DNA of 64,000 nucleotides. Source: Octopus sinensis. Its lineage: Eukaryota. A model generated the notes under the pieces. That model saw only the letters and a program-made list of their open reading frames with translations, ran no database searches and was not told where the DNA came from. Below, piece after piece: positions 25,291 through 40,678 of the stretch. Location: positions 24,304,001-24,368,000 of the forward strand of contig NC_043003.1 of NCBI RefSeq assembly GCF_006345805.1, given 5' to 3'. A program made the position numbers and the translations under genes. Numbering within the stretch: the first letter of the stretch is position 1; the number at the start of each line of letters is the position of its first letter.

Positions 25291-27174
25291 GAGCCTACTT
25301 AAACCTCTTAAATCCTCCGTCACTTTTGCAATCAAACTAGAATATCCTCATTGATAACAGGTTTGATGCTTCCTGTTTTCGATGATACGTTGTCGATCTG
25401 TGAGGAACTCTTTTATACTGACATTTTCATGACGGTGGTGATTTAACTTTACAGGAAGTTATTTTAGTTATTTTCTAAATGCACAAGAGACTATCATAAG
25501 CCAGTTCTCTTTGGAACTCACAACATTCCAACAAGCATTTTCTGTCCCCGATTTAGAAATCAACGCCACCATGATAATAAGCTTGTTGCCAATCAATCAA
25601 TTCGAGTTGGCCAGAACATCTCTTTATATCAAAAGCAACGACTCAACAAAGCCACGTAGAGATTCGCCGAAATTGACCATTAAATTCAATATATTTCCAA
25701 AGAGATTTCAATTGTTATAATTCAGACACTTGTTCTACATTCACACTGCTATTTGACGCTATTCACTATAGCATCATTATATATTACGTTGTTGTGCTAT
25801 TACGATTCTGTTGGCCACATTAAAAACTTTGTGTCGTCTGATGCTATCGTCTGCTTCTTTACAATTGCCGTGTTATGTTAAATCGTAAACAAACTTACCG
25901 ATGACTAACATAGCCGTCTGCTTTGTTGAAGATACATTTCGTACAAACACATAATTTAAAAAAAAAATTTTTATGGTACATATCAATATATTTTAGTACG
26001 TCATTTCAGAACTGCACATTTTTACAGTCCTGAATATCAGCCATTTAGCATATAGTTTTTCAGCATGTCGCCAGTTTACAGCAAGGAAGACAATTTGACT
26101 GCATGTATCGTACAATGCATATAGTATTTTGATTATTACCAGCATGTACGTATACTATTTATCAAGAACACACATATTCTCAATCATATGTTTACACCTG
26201 TGTAATTACAATAGTAATTCTGTTATGTTATTTTGTGCAGAACATTTGATATGTAGAAGACTTGATGTACTAACATTAAATTAATAATTTTATGTTTCGA
26301 CATATAGGAAAACATAAAAAGAAAATATATTCAAACCAAAATATCTATTTCAATGTAAATAACAGTGTAACAGGGAAATGTGAATAATATAGAAAAATAA
26401 CAATAAAAAATGACATATTTCAAACAGAGTAAATCACACATTCTCTCGTCTGATTTTGTATGTTTATATTTTTATAAATTATTTCTATCAAGATCATCCA
26501 TATCTTCATATTTTTGTCTATATTTTGTATATTTTTAACCTCATGTTGATGTTAGTTTTGTTTCACCATTATCAAATGTATTATTTGAGCGAATCGGCTA
26601 CAAAAGAGGCAATGGAGTCGATTAGATAGTACCGACTCGTCCGTCAAAAGCAGTTGTTCTCAACCATTTTTTAAATATCAACACCATTCATTACTACTTT
26701 ACTCTAGCGGACCCCCATAACCATTCTATGTTTTAAAACTAGTTTTATAGATACTTCTTTCAAAATTCCTATTTTGTTTGTTATACATTCATTTGTATTC
26801 ACTCTCTGAGAGAAGATGTTGAATTCTGTGTTTCTTGCAATAAATACAACGAAAGCAAAATTTTGTCCCTGACCACTAAAATATTACTATTCGCAACATT
26901 CCTCAATTGACTGTTTTGCTTGTGTCTCTCAAAAAATCTTTTATGAACACCCAGGGATCATATGGACCACTAATCTAACTTTTCGTTTGTGACTGGATCT
27001 AATTTCAGCTCAGTTATAATCCAGGCCATACCAAGCAAGTGTCAAACAGCTCTTAATCTCAGGCACCCCCAAAACCACCCGTCCGAATAAATTTCAACTG
27101 AAAAATTTGAGATTTTATGAATTCTTAAGGACTCAATGACCTTAAAACATGATGTATTTTATTTCCTAATAATA

Positions 27175-27385
27175 GTTTCAAATTTTTAGCGCAAAGCCAG
27201 TAGGTTTTGGGGGAAGGAGTAAGTTGTATACATCGACTCCAGTACTCAACTGGTACTTATTTTATCGACCCTGAAAGGATGAAAGGCAAAGTGAACCTCG
27301 GCGGAATTTGAACTCGGCATGTGAAGACGAGCGAAATGCTGCTTAGCATTTTGCCCGGCGGGCTAACGATTCTCCCATGTCACCG
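27175..27385 (-). mobile_element. SINE family B
   Basis: actggtacttattttatcgaccctgaaaggatgaaaggcaaagtgaacctcggcggaatttgaactc. Confidence 0.87.
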
Positions 27386-27875
27386 TCTTATTCTATTTTT
27401 TTTAATAATGAGTTCGTTATTGTATTTTTTGTTGCTTTCTTTGTTTTAACTTCCGCCTTGGTCAACACTGATTCTGCTGTCGTGCAATCAAACGTGGCCA
27501 TATGTTTTAGTGATATATTCTATTTTAGTCTATATTCTCTCGTATGTCCATTGCCTCTTTAGGTTGGCAGTACGTGTATGTGTTTTGCCGGAGATTTGGT
27601 TGTTATTTCTAGAAGATCAAATGACTGCAGAGGCTCTTTTATTGTCACATGTAAAGTACTAAATACGTTCAAGTAGCATTGTCCTTCTGTTTAAATTCCA
27701 TTTATTACTATTATGTTCGTTATGGTTCAGACGTAGATTAGCCGTAATCAAGTCGTGGCCATAACGCTGACAAGGTTCTTGTTATTACTTAACCTCCTGT
27801 CACGTGTGAATGAGTTGGCATGTGATCAAATGCGTTCCAGCTATGACCATCACATGTTTTTTACCCAGGCACATA

Positions 27876-28090
27876 CGAGGAGATGCTGAAAAGTTCCTGG
27901 TTTTAAGGGTATTGCGAAAGGCCTGGTTGGAGAGTTAACCTTCTAAGTGCTTTTAAAGGGCTTAGAAAAACAGAAGGACCACTGTAGTAAGTGTGTGAAT
28001 CTGGGAGGTGAATAGGTTTAAAAATATCAATTAACTGATCCTCCTGTATTTTCTTTTACCCAAATCCAGGAACTTTTCAGCACTCATCCT
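27876..28090 (+). mobile_element. Mariner-derived MITE
   Basis: TA-cgaggagatgctgaaaagttcctgg ... ccaggaacttttcagcac. Interior resembles a mariner C-terminus (KCVNLGGE). Confidence 0.82.
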
Positions 28091-28889
28091 CTCTCTTATT
28101 TAAGAACCCTTTATCGAATGTGAACTATTTTTCCCTAAACACTATGCTCTAACATATAAAAGAGCTCTGGGTGTTATTTGTAGCATATCAAGCGAACTTA
28201 GAAGTCTACCCGTTGTGTACTATCTGGTCAGCAGTTCACACGACTGCCTAAAAGTTATCTCGTAGGCTGTTATTTATCCTTGTTATTCTGTAGACTAAGT
28301 GTATATACAAGCACATTATTCAACGTATCCATCATTTTTATATTTTTTACTTTAAACATGTGTATTTAGGGAAGGATTTGCATTCGTCGTTGTCTCTGAT
28401 AAAATCACTATGATGTTCTAAAATCGAGTGAAACGACGAGGTTTTTGCATTAACAGATTTTGTGCCTAAGACAAATACATCATTATTTATTATATCTTAT
28501 ACTGGCAAGCTGCCACATATTATATATTCCTTTTTAACCGTTTCCAACAATACATTGCCAATTGCTTCGCTGGTTCTGTTTCACTTTTTTGTATTGTCTT
28601 GCAACAGTAAATTGGCATGTCTCAAGATGTTATTAGCCAATATTTTATTGCAGTTAACAAAGAAACAAAAAAAAAACTGAAAGGCCTGGAAAACGATGTT
28701 TTCATAAATTTGACACAACAATATTTATTTGGTTTGGAAAGGAGCTTTTTAAAAGAAGTAAAATTATAGAAAGAGTATTAACGCTCATTTGAAATATTAG
28801 CTACATTGATTTCATTTTTGATATAGTGAAAATGTATCTCATTTCGTCCCAAACATGCGCACAAACACACAGACACAGACACACAATTT

Positions 28890-29965
<1,076 letters not shown>

Positions 29966-30255
29966 TCACCGGAAAAGAAGGACAACAATGATTCTAGAAA
30001 GAGAATTTCTAATCAACTGCTGTCAAAAATCTCACTACGAAGGAGAATACCATTGGCCAATAAGAAAGAGATTCATAACCCCATCAATAACGACAACGTC
30101 TAAACATTATTAAAATTTCACAATAAATCGAACAAGAAAAAACTAATACTCATTTATTCAATGAAATCCTTCAAGTTTCCTTTCCAAAATGATATTATTG
30201 TTTATTATCAATTAATAGTTCCTAAGACATGTATCGGCGTTAGAAGAAACTAAAG

Positions 30256-30296
<41 letters not shown>

Positions 30297-30299
30297 ATC

Positions 30300-30615
30300 T
30301 TCTTTTCTTTATTTGTTTCAGTCATTGGTCTGCAGCCATTCTGGAGTACTGCCTTGGTGGATTTTAGTCGAAAATGTCAGTCCCAATTATTACGTTTTCT
30401 CTATCTGTCTACTTTCCTATCCGGTCTATTACAGGGACATAAATAAATCAGCAGCGGTTTTCAAGCGCTGGAGGGTACAAACACAAGTAAAAAGACACCA
30501 AAACACACGCGTATATATATTTATGTACGACGTGCTTCCACATAGTTTCCATCTACCAAATTCATTCACGTGGCATTGGCCATCCCGGTGTTACAGTAGA
30601 AGACACTTGTTCTAG
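30300..30615 (-). mobile_element. Older SINE family A copy
   Basis: tgtttcagtcattgg.ctgcagccat.ctgg...catctaccaaattcattcac...gtagaagacacttg. Confidence 0.75.
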
Positions 30616-31569
30616 GGGCATTATTTAACTTTGTCATGGTCCTGAAAACCCAGGAAACACTATCGTAGAGCCTGTATTAATAATCAATTAAAATCCAGAA
30701 GCGAGAACCAACATGTTTACAGTTGTTTCATGATTCACGTTCAGTTACATCAACGACGCCTATTTCAAAGTTTTATATAGGTCTCGCACCCTATTTTGTA
30801 TATCCCTTATTCACCTCACTCATTATCTTTTAATGTCTTTTCTCTAGAAATTTGTTGTTCAGTTTCTTACAACTTCTACCTCTCACTTCTCAGGTGTTTT
30901 AATGGCTCATACACACCTACACCACACACACTCACACACACACACATACACACACACACAGACACATACACACACACATAAACACACATAATACATTATT
31001 GTCCCAGTTGTTCGAACCGTGCTATGGTTTCAAAGTAGCATCCAAGTAAATTGAACACAGTGCTCGGCGAAATTTTATACTACAACTTAAAACAGCAGAA
31101 GCAAGAATAACTACGATATGTCCACATCTCTCAAACATAGTTCCGACATCGTGGCTACGACTCACTAATGAATGTTGTTAATAGTATAGCCGGGTTCTTC
31201 GAAATGTTTGTTCTATGTTTGTCTAACAGAACTCTGAGATAATTCGGTGCCTGACATTAGAATTTCAGTCGTCGTAAAGAACGGTGTACTCAGAAAAGCG
31301 TCGATGTAAATCATTATATTCGAAGAAATAAATGTATTCTGCTCTACTATTTGCATAGACATTTTTATCACATTTGTATGTGTTTGCAGGAATATGCGTG
31401 AGTGTGGGCGTATTATATAAGTATTCCATATACGCATAGGTGTATATGTGTGTGCGTGTAAATGTGTATAACTGTCAGTCTGTGCGAAGATGCACATATA
31501 TGTGTATACATAAATTTATATATATATATATATTGTCTAAATGTGTATATGTGTGCCTGTTTGTATGTA

Positions 31570-31958
31570 TGTGGCTGGTAACTAGCTTGCTTACTAGCCA
31601 CATGGTTCCGGGTTCAGTCCCACAGCGTGGCACCTAAGGCAAGTGTCTTCTACTATAGCCTCGGGCCGACCAAAGCCTTGTGAGTGTATTTGGTAGACAG
31701 AAACTGAAAGAAGCCGTCGTATATATGTATATGTATATATATATGTGTTTGTGTGTGTGTGTGTGTGTGTTTGTGTGTCTGTGTTTGCCCCTCCCCCAAC
31801 AACCGATGCTGGTGTGTTTGCCTTCCCATAACTTAGCGGTTCGGCAAAAGAAACCGATAGAATAAGTACTAGGCTTACAAACAATAAGTTCTGGGGGTCT
31901 GCGGTGCTCCAGCATGGCCGCAGTCAAGTGACTGAAACAAATAAAAGAGTAAAAGAGT
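31570..31958 (+). mobile_element. SINE family A
   Basis: ggttccgggttcagtcccacagcgtggcacc...cagcatggccgcagtcaagtgactgaaacaa(taaaagag)n. Confidence 0.9.
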
Positions 31959-32310
31959 ATATGTTTGTGTGTACGTGTGTTTGTGTGCGTGCGTCAGTGT
32001 GTGTGTGTGCGTGCTTACTTGAATTGTTCCTCTGAGGAAATAGTTGGTTTCTAACACAAATACAAAACTCCATCGTTGGAAGGGAGATAACAAAACAATG
32101 TCACATTTTAACCGTGAAAAATGTCTTGCATATCTTTACTGTTCCACTTACAGATTTTATACGTAATGTGCGAGTTAGTTGGTTGATTTCTTTTTTTTGT
32201 TTTTTTGTTGTTTTTTTTTTGAATCCCCTATCTTTTTCATATTGTCACTTGGATATTTACTTACAAAACCTGGTGCATCAATTTTTATTGATGCACTAGG
32301 TTTTGTGAGT

Positions 32311-32635
32311 GAGGGCGCGTGGCTTAGTGGTTAGGGCATTCGGCTCATGATCGTAAGGTTGTGAGTTCGATTCCCGGCGACGCGTTGTGTCCTTGAGCAA
32401 GACACTTTATTTCACGTTGCTCCAGTCCACTCAGCTGGCAAAAATGAGTTGTACTTGTATTTCAAAGGGTCAGCCTTGTCACTCTCTGTGTCACGCTGAT
32501 TATCCCCGAGAACTACGTTAAGTGTACACGTGTCTGTGGAATGCTCAGCCATTTGCACTTTAATTTCACGAGCAAGCTGTTCCGTTGATCGTATCAGCTG
32601 GGACCCTCGTCGTCGTAACCGGCGGAGTCTTTTTT
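32311..32635 (+). mobile_element. Complete tRNA-derived CORE-like SINE (family C) with 14-bp TSD
   Basis: A box tggcttagtgg, B box gagttcgattcc, CORE-like tgtgtccttgagcaagacactt. taggttttgtgagt duplicated at 32297-32310 and 32636-32649. Confidence 0.9.
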
Positions 32636-32654
32636 TAGGTTTTGTGAGTAAAAT

Positions 32655-33330
32655 TATTATTGGTATAAATGTGAATTTAACATCTGGATTTAGGAGCTGG
32701 AGATTTCGAAGCAGTCGTCCATAGTTGTCCTCTTCCTCAGATTTTCAAAGGGCTATTCATGTCAGCTATACAGCTGGCACATACTTTGTCTTATCTGTCC
32801 CAAACGACATCTAGCATGTCATGTTTATATTTGCCAGATGTTTTCACGGGAATGTTTCACCAGTATTTTTTTTAATGTCTGTGTACGTATTCAATAACAA
32901 GTTCAGTCCCTATTCTATTCCAGGATAGTCTTTTTTTTTCCGAATGTTTTTGTGGCATCATCGTGTCGCATAAGGGGATACTACCTTGATGAAATTTTGG
33001 GGCAGCTGCTAATTACGTGTCATGTCTTACTATAGAAATATGACAACCTATATTTTCTGTTGCATCTTGGAGCTCCAAGGCTTTCGCTGTCTCGTTTGTT
33101 TATTAGGCATTTCGTAATGATCTGTTCTTGTATGGCAAATGCATAGCCTTCGAAGTGTGAAGTGACATAGCGTCACGAGTCCACGAGAGGCCACGCTTCA
33201 TGCCGGTATTATTTTCTTCTTCAAGTCTTCGGGAGACATATCCATGCACGGCGTTTTTTAGTTGCTGAGTATTTCACATCCAGATCTTCTTTGAAATATG
33301 CTAGTCCGGCTGTTTGTAGGTTGTATGGTA
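32655..33330 (-). mobile_element. R4/Dong-like LINE zinc-knuckle/REL fragment
   Basis: Reverse complement gives LSWTRD, VTSHFEGYAFAIQEQI, HVISSCPKISSR..PLMRHD and VVWDR..KVC; degraded. Confidence 0.75.
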
Positions 33331-33349
33331 TGGTATGTATTCCCGATTT

Positions 33350-33525
33350 AAGTGCATCGCAAAAGACCTGGTTCGAGGCCCAAAGTTCCGAAACTTAGGA
33401 ACGCTGAAGGACCGCTGCAATAATTGTGTGAATCTCAGCAGAGAACTTGTTGAATAAAATTATCATTAATTGATCCGCCTGTAATTCTTTTACCCAAATA
33501 CAGGAAATTTTCAGCACCCACTCAT
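33350..33525 (+). mobile_element. Mariner-derived MITE, partial
   Basis: ctgaaggaccgctgcaataattgtgtgaatctc...ttttacccaaatacaggaaattttcagcaccc, matching the 27876 copy. Confidence 0.75.
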
Positions 33526-34277
33526 ATGTATGTGTGTATGTATGTATGTATGTATGTATGTATGTATGTATGTATGTATGTATGTATGTATGTATGTATG
33601 CATCTATCTATGTATGCATGCATGTATGTGTGTGTGAATGAATGTGTGTGTGTATGTGTGTGTTTGTATGTATACCGGGTTGAACAAAATATGGAAACAC
33701 CACTTTTATTAAACTATATTTTCTGCCGTCAGTATGACTAATTCAAAGCTGTTGGGGACTGTATATGCTTCTTCATGTTATACACTATGTATGACTTGTA
33801 TTTCATGATATTGCTCTCAGTTTTTCTTTAAAGTCTGATTTTTTCTTTTTTTTTTTTAGATATTTATATTTCAATAATTTAAAGGCATGACCTATATGAT
33901 TACCAAAGGGAATGAATTGTGTCAGCGTCTATGGTCAAATCTTCACGCACTAAAACTATCACAAAGACAGACTGAAGCCTGAAACGTAATATATAAAAAA
34001 AATGAGAAAAAACCATCGATCTACGACAGCTATAGAGAAAGCGAAGCTAAAATAATACCCAGACAGCATCATATTAACCCTATTTTGTTAAGGTGTGGAA
34101 TTAAGTAGGGCGGAGAAAATTATTGGGTTACGTAGTGAGGTGATATTAAGGTGATAGAGATGCGTGCCCGTATGTGAATGTAAAGCGTAAAGCAAATAAG
34201 CAGAAAGAAGAAAAATCCTAAATTTTATTTAATTTGCACTGCGGGAGCAACTATTTATCGAAAGTGTATATTGCTGT

Positions 34278-34935
34278 TAAAAGTTGCAGAGAGTGCATGG
34301 AGAGGTGTGTATGAGCCACATGCAAGTGTACGAGTGGTTCAGACGTTTCCAAGATGGCCGAGAAAATGTTGATAATGACGAACGTTCTGGGAGACCAGCA
34401 ACCTGCAGAACTGGGAAAAACATCGCAGATGTGCGTGCAGTTGTGAGGGGAAATCGTCGAATCACCATCTATGAGTTCTCAGAGGATGTGCAGATTAATT
34501 ACTGTTCAGTTCAGTCCATTACAACTGAAGGTTTAGATATGAGAAACGTGCCCGCTAAGTTTGTGCCAAAACTGCTCTCAGTTGACCAAAATGACATTCG
34601 GAATTCAGTTGCACAAAATCTCTTTAATCGTGTCGAGAACGATGAAAACTTTTTGGAAACTTTGCGTCGGCGTCTGAGGAGGTATCGCTAAGCTTTTGGC
34701 AAAATTTGATGCAGATTCTCTGGTCAACTTTCTCTGCCATGGTCAATGCAACGAACACACGCTATACACGTTACTTCCAAGCACTACTGTAAACGGCGAA
34801 TAAGAGCTACAACAATAACACTTTGTGTACATGCGCAGCAGTGTTCAACGTCAATCTGTACCAAGCAGCTCTACTCTGCTTGCTTTAGCTTCATTACTAT
34901 GGCAACAGTCCGGATCCTTATTGATCAGACCACTA
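34278..34935. mobile_element. Rearranged mariner remnant (HTH on +, 5' end/TIR on -)
   Basis: + strand: KLQRVHGE..QVYEWFRRFQDGRENVDNDERSGRP...AKFVPKLL. - strand from 34740: MAEKVDQRICIKFCQKL. TIR-like sequence at about 34907-34935. Confidence 0.82.
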
Positions 34936-34982
34936 TGTATATGTATATGTTAATTTCTTTGTGTATTTGCTATATCCATGTA

Positions 34983-35021
<39 letters not shown>

Positions 35022-35509
35022 GTGTGTGTGTGTGTGCACACGTAGTTATATGTACGCATATATGTATATAAATGTGTGCGTGTGTGCGTACGCGTGTGTG
35101 CGTACGCGTGTGTGCGAGCGCATGAGCATGTGCATGTGCGTGTGCGTGTGCGCGCATGTGTCTGCGTCTGCGTGTATGTGTGCATGTGTGCGTGAGAGAG
35201 AGAGAAAGAGACAGTGAGAGAATGGAATTAATTTCTGTACTGAAATTCTCAGATTAGAAGAAGATTAATTCGTAATAAAATGTTGATATTTCTTGGTTCA
35301 CATCCTCCTGTTGTGATTTTCCTGAACTTTTTGAGGTATTACTCATAAATGAAAGAGTGCGATACTAAACTTCCCTTACAAAAGGTGAGTTCACTTCTCT
35401 TTCACCTCTATAGAATTATATGTGTATATGAGTGTGCGCGCATGAGGATATATATGCATATGTATATGTATTACATATATACATATACATAATGTATGTA
35501 TGTTAATAT

Positions 35510-35558
<49 letters not shown>

Positions 35559-35999
35559 TATATATATATGTATATATGTATATATATATAAATATATATT
35601 ATATTTATATATATGCTATATATAATATATATATATATATATAATAATATATATATATATATATATATACATACATATATATGTAATTATATATGTGTAT
35701 ATATGTAGGAATTACAACTTTTTTACACTTTCATTCTTCTGCACATACAAATGCACACACATTTACACACATATGTACGCATAGATATACACACATGTGT
35801 ATTCTCATATATATATATATATACATGCATACATATATATATGTGTGGTGTGTGTGCACGACATATATATATATTCGTAAATGTGTGTTGTATATATGTT
35901 TATGAGCACATACACTCATAAGCACACAGTCACACATACACACATATATATACGCCTACATATATACATATAAACACATATTATACACCTAAAGGCTAA

Positions 36000-36425
36000 A
36001 TATATAAATATATACATATATGTATTCATATATATACATACATATACATACATTTATATATATGCATACATGCATACATTTATATATATGCATACATATA
36101 CATATATATATAGATATATAAATATATACATATATGTATTCATATATATACATATACATACATACATTTATATATATGCATACATGCATACATTTATATA
36201 TATACATACATATACATATATATAGATATATAAATATATACATATATGTATTCATATATATACATACATATACATACATACATTTATATATATGCATACA
36301 TATACATATATATATAGATATATAAATATATACATATATGTATTCATATATATACATACATATACATACATACATTTATATATATGCATACATGCATACA
36401 TTTATATATATGCATACATATACAT
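36000..36425. repeat. AT-rich minisatellite, ~110-bp unit built from microsatellite motifs, about 4 copies
   Basis: atataaatatatacatatatgtattcatatatatac... recurs near 36002, 36116, 36227 and 36320. Confidence 0.75.
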
Positions 36426-36455
36426 ATATATATATATACAGAATTACGTGCGTAG

Positions 36456-36544
<89 letters not shown>

Positions 36545-36910
36545 TATAGCTGGAAGGAATTTCTGTCCTTTACAGTGAAACTAAAAATGTGTGAATACCA
36601 ACAAATTTCAGCATTTATTGCTTCGGAATCTTTCAATTGCGTACATAGTAGCTGAAGTCTCTTGGGGCGTTAATCATGAAATAAAAGGCAGCTATACAGT
36701 TATATACTACGACCACATTCAATGATTTGCTGCATTAACAGTTGAAATTACTGTCTTATTATTTGATGATTTGCTTTGCTTTTTGTTCAATGCTATATCC
36801 TACGAAATATATATTTCCCTGGTTGTAAAGAAAATGATTGGAATTTTTTATAAAACAGCAGGTTTAATTGTTTCGCTTTCCTTTTTAACAAGCAAATGTG
36901 TAGATATAAA

Positions 36911-36975
36911 TGGCGGTGCCCCAGCATGGCCACAGCTCATGAGCTGAAACTGGAAATATCAAAATCAAAAATCAT
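36911..36975 (+). mobile_element. Extremely 5'-truncated 3' tip of the CR1-type LINE
   Basis: tggcggtgccccagcatggccacagctcatgagctgaaactggaa is identical to the LINE 3' end at about 18622-18667 (-). Confidence 0.85.
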
Positions 36976-38199
36976 ATATCTTTATGGAAAGGGTGAATCG
37001 TGATAAACAAAGCTGACCATGTTCTTTGTAGTCAAGACTTAGTCTACACTTTATTCTTTATATGAAATCTGAAAAAGCAACTTTGGTTTTGTCCTTTTGT
37101 CCTTTTACATATTCTACAGTTCTCACTCTTTTATATTTTGTTATTTTGTATCCTTTGATCCGTTTCTGTCTCTTTTATTCTCTCTCTCCCTCTCTCTCTC
37201 TCAGTGTTTTTATTTCATAAACACACTTCCTCCATCTCTCTCCTTCTTTGTCTCATTTTCTCATTATCGTTTTCTCTCTCACACGTATTTATTGTAGACT
37301 TTTTGTTTGTTTGTTTGTTTTTTTTCATTTCTTTTCAAATTAAATAATGGTTTTCCACCTTTATTAATCTTTAAATGTCGACGTTGACATCAACTCTGCA
37401 TTTAGAAGCTCTCAGCAATTTCTAAATATACTTTACCAATGGGCAGACGATAAGATCGGCAGTCTTCCGCCATTTGCATTTCAATTTTTATACTCATTGT
37501 TAGTTATTCAACATTCAGTACCAAAATAGACATAAATAAAATAAATTGTAAACAAAACGATCTTTGCAAGCGGATTTGCCGGATTTACTTTACATATCGA
37601 TTATTCACATAAAATTGTGAGAAATAATTTAGTAGTTATGAGTTTGGTTTTTGTTCTGTGTTTGATGAAATAAAAATTCTCTCATATAATTTGCTTTCAA
37701 CTAAAAGCTCAGTAACTTTCTGTAGAGGCGGGGATATTGTCAATTGAACAGATTGCTGTGTTTTACTTCTAATTATTGAAAAGTTTCTATGTCTAATATT
37801 TGTAATGCAAGGTCATTGCTAAAACATTTAATTCACAAGTTTTGCAATTGCTTAACTTCGTATAATGGAAAACATGTGAACAAAGGAGCGTGGGCTTGTA
37901 TCACACAGCCAGCACTATTTTGTATCCCCGATTCAGTTCTCAGGATTCTATTAATCTAAATCTAAATTGGAATTGGTAGCTGTTTACACACGCAACTCCC
38001 CCGCTTTATATGCATGACGGACACGGCATAATTAACTAGTCTTTCGGTTAGAATGTTTGTGCTTAAATGTAGTGGGTCGAGAGAACAGCCATAGCACACG
38101 GATTCAATGGAACTCTGAGTACACAATATGACTGTTAATTATTCAATCAACACGGCAACCAACGTGGACTTGATACGTATGACTGGTTTGATTTAATTG

Positions 38200-38244
<45 letters not shown>

Positions 38245-38289
38245 GATATATATATATATATTATATATATATATATACATATAATATAT

Positions 38290-38322
<33 letters not shown>

Positions 38323-40084
38323 GTATATATTACATATATATATTATCGTTATCGTGGGCGTCCTCGTCGTAGAGGTCGTCATCATCGTCTCGTTGGCATC
38401 ATCGTCGTCGTCGTCGTCGTCATTATCATCATCATTAATAGTATCATCATTATTATCATCGTTCTAATACCCCGGGATAATACTGTAATTTCTTAACCTG
38501 AGACGAATGAAAGCGAAGTTGTCCTCGATGGGGTTTGAACTTTGAGATTTCTTCTGCTTCAGCTCACTGGCTCTGAAAGTTGTTCGATACTAGAGCGTGT
38601 TGCCGAGTAACTGACATGAAGCCGTTGTTTCTGTATTACAACAGCTGTATGCTTAATTTAGTCTATATTTTACCTGTTTGTAGAAAATCCTGACAGGTGC
38701 AGAAACTGCGTTAGGCTGGAAATATTAAGGTTACCTATTTTAAACTCTTCTCTAAGTGGGTGAACAAATAGATAACATAGGGTTGCTCGGTGGCATAGGT
38801 GTCTTTCGAACACCTCCCACTAATGCATCTTCGTCTTATCTTTGTCCGTAACTTAAGGACCCATGATCTACGTTGCAGCTGAAGATTCCTGCCCAATGAA
38901 GTTACATTCGCAGCATTTGAGATGCACGTTTTCCGGCATTGTTACTTCGCCCTTTCAAGGTGTTAGGTCCTGGGGTAAGTGAAACTCAAGACAACCGGAA
39001 CTGCTGAGAATCCAGTTTATTGGAAACTGCATTAACGCTCACCAATACATCTTTTCTTCTTTTAGCTTTTACTCGTGAAAATTAACAAGTTCCAGAGCAT
39101 GTCCCCTAGGCTGGGCTTGAACACTGTATTTCTGGGGGCTTATTACTGAGATAATATACACCTACACACAATTCTACACATGCATACACACATCTTTAAA
39201 TTACAATATAAATTGTAATTTTCTCTCATAATTTAATTTTAAAAGAAGTCGTTCATTTAAGATATGCTTCTTTTTTTTTTCAGAGTCACCTTGTAAAATG
39301 CAAAACATTAAATTTTAATGAATATTGTATTAGATTATCAAAATTAATTTAGAATTCACTGATTTTGATTTAGTTTATAGAGGGAGAAAATCATTAAAGT
39401 TATGATTTTGTTTAGTGTCACCTTCTAATCAGAAAAATATCGAATTTAAATGAATATTACATCAGTTAGTCGGTGTGTGTGTGTATGTTTGTGTATGTGT
39501 GTGTGTGTGCGTGTGTATGTGTAATATTGTCTAATATTTTTTACATGACTAACGAGACACGTCTTTTTTTTGGTTCATATTGTTCATATTATTCTCTGTT
39601 CTTTGTCAGTAATTTATTCCATGCTACTGACCTACTCATCATGGTTATTTTAATTAGAGAAGAAAAACGGTTTGGCTTCTCTCTCCATATTAAAACCATT
39701 AGTGATATTCCCAATTACCGTCATCATTCAGTATTCCAAATACTAATGACAACTGCAAAGCAAGAAATAAAGACATGTTAAGTTCAGCCTGTAATGAATA
39801 TTTTATTCCGCGTTAAAACCAAATCACTTTACATTTTCCGATTTCCTACTTAATATGTGTTTTCTCATTTTGTCTTTTGATACTTTTCATGGATTTCTGG
39901 ATTAATAGGAGGAACGGAGATCGAAGGCCTAGCCCCCAAATGTTTTAAGTCTATTCTGATACAGTACCGAAGTTTTAAGACCACCACCACACATGTGATG
40001 GAGTTTAACCGAGAGCCAGATTGTGTTTGACATTCACGGACGGCAACGGGTCCCCGGACGAGATTTCACTCAGTTTCTTATTTC

Positions 40085-40678
40085 TATTTCTTTATTGTCC
40101 ACAAGGGGCTAAACATAGAGGGCACAAACAAGGACAGACAAAGGGATTAAGTCGGTTACGTCGACCCCAGTGCGTAACTGGTACTTAATTTATCGACCCT
40201 GAAAGGGTTAAAGGCTAAGTCGACCTCGGCGGAATTTGAACCCAGAACGTAGCGGCAGACGATATACCTATTCTTTACTACCCACAAGGGGCTAAACACA
40301 GAGGGGAGAAACAAGGACAGACAAACGGATTAAGTCGATTATATCGACCCCAGTGCGTAACTAGTACTTATTTAATCGACCCCGAAAGGATGAAAGACAA
40401 AGTCGACCTCGGCGGAATTTGAACTCAGAACGTAGCTGCAGACGAAATACGTATTTCTTTACTACCCACCAGGGGCTAAACACAGAGAGGACAAACAAGG
40501 ACAGACAAACGGAATAAGTCGATTAGATCGACCCCAGTGCGTAACTGGTAGTTAATATTATCGACCCCGAAAGGATGAAAGGCAAAGTAGACCTCGGCGG
40601 AATTTGAACTCAGAACGTAACGGCAGACGAAATACAGCTAAGCATTTCGCCCGGCGTGCTAACGTTTCCGCCAGCTCG
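40085..40678 (-). mobile_element. SINE family B with internally triplicated ~184-bp unit
   Basis: Unit cttta..(c)ccacaaggggctaaac...gtcgacctcggcggaatttgaactcagaacgta starts near 40090, 40274 and 40457. Single head at about 40636-40678. Confidence 0.9.

Noticed and set aside
32311-32390. tRNA-like sequence
   Set aside because: It is the head of a SINE with a CORE-like body and 14-bp TSD, with no proper acceptor stem.
40085-40678. Regularly spaced repeats that might suggest a CRISPR array
   Set aside because: Units are ~184-bp SINE bodies with no unique spacers, no cas genes, and a eukaryotic context.
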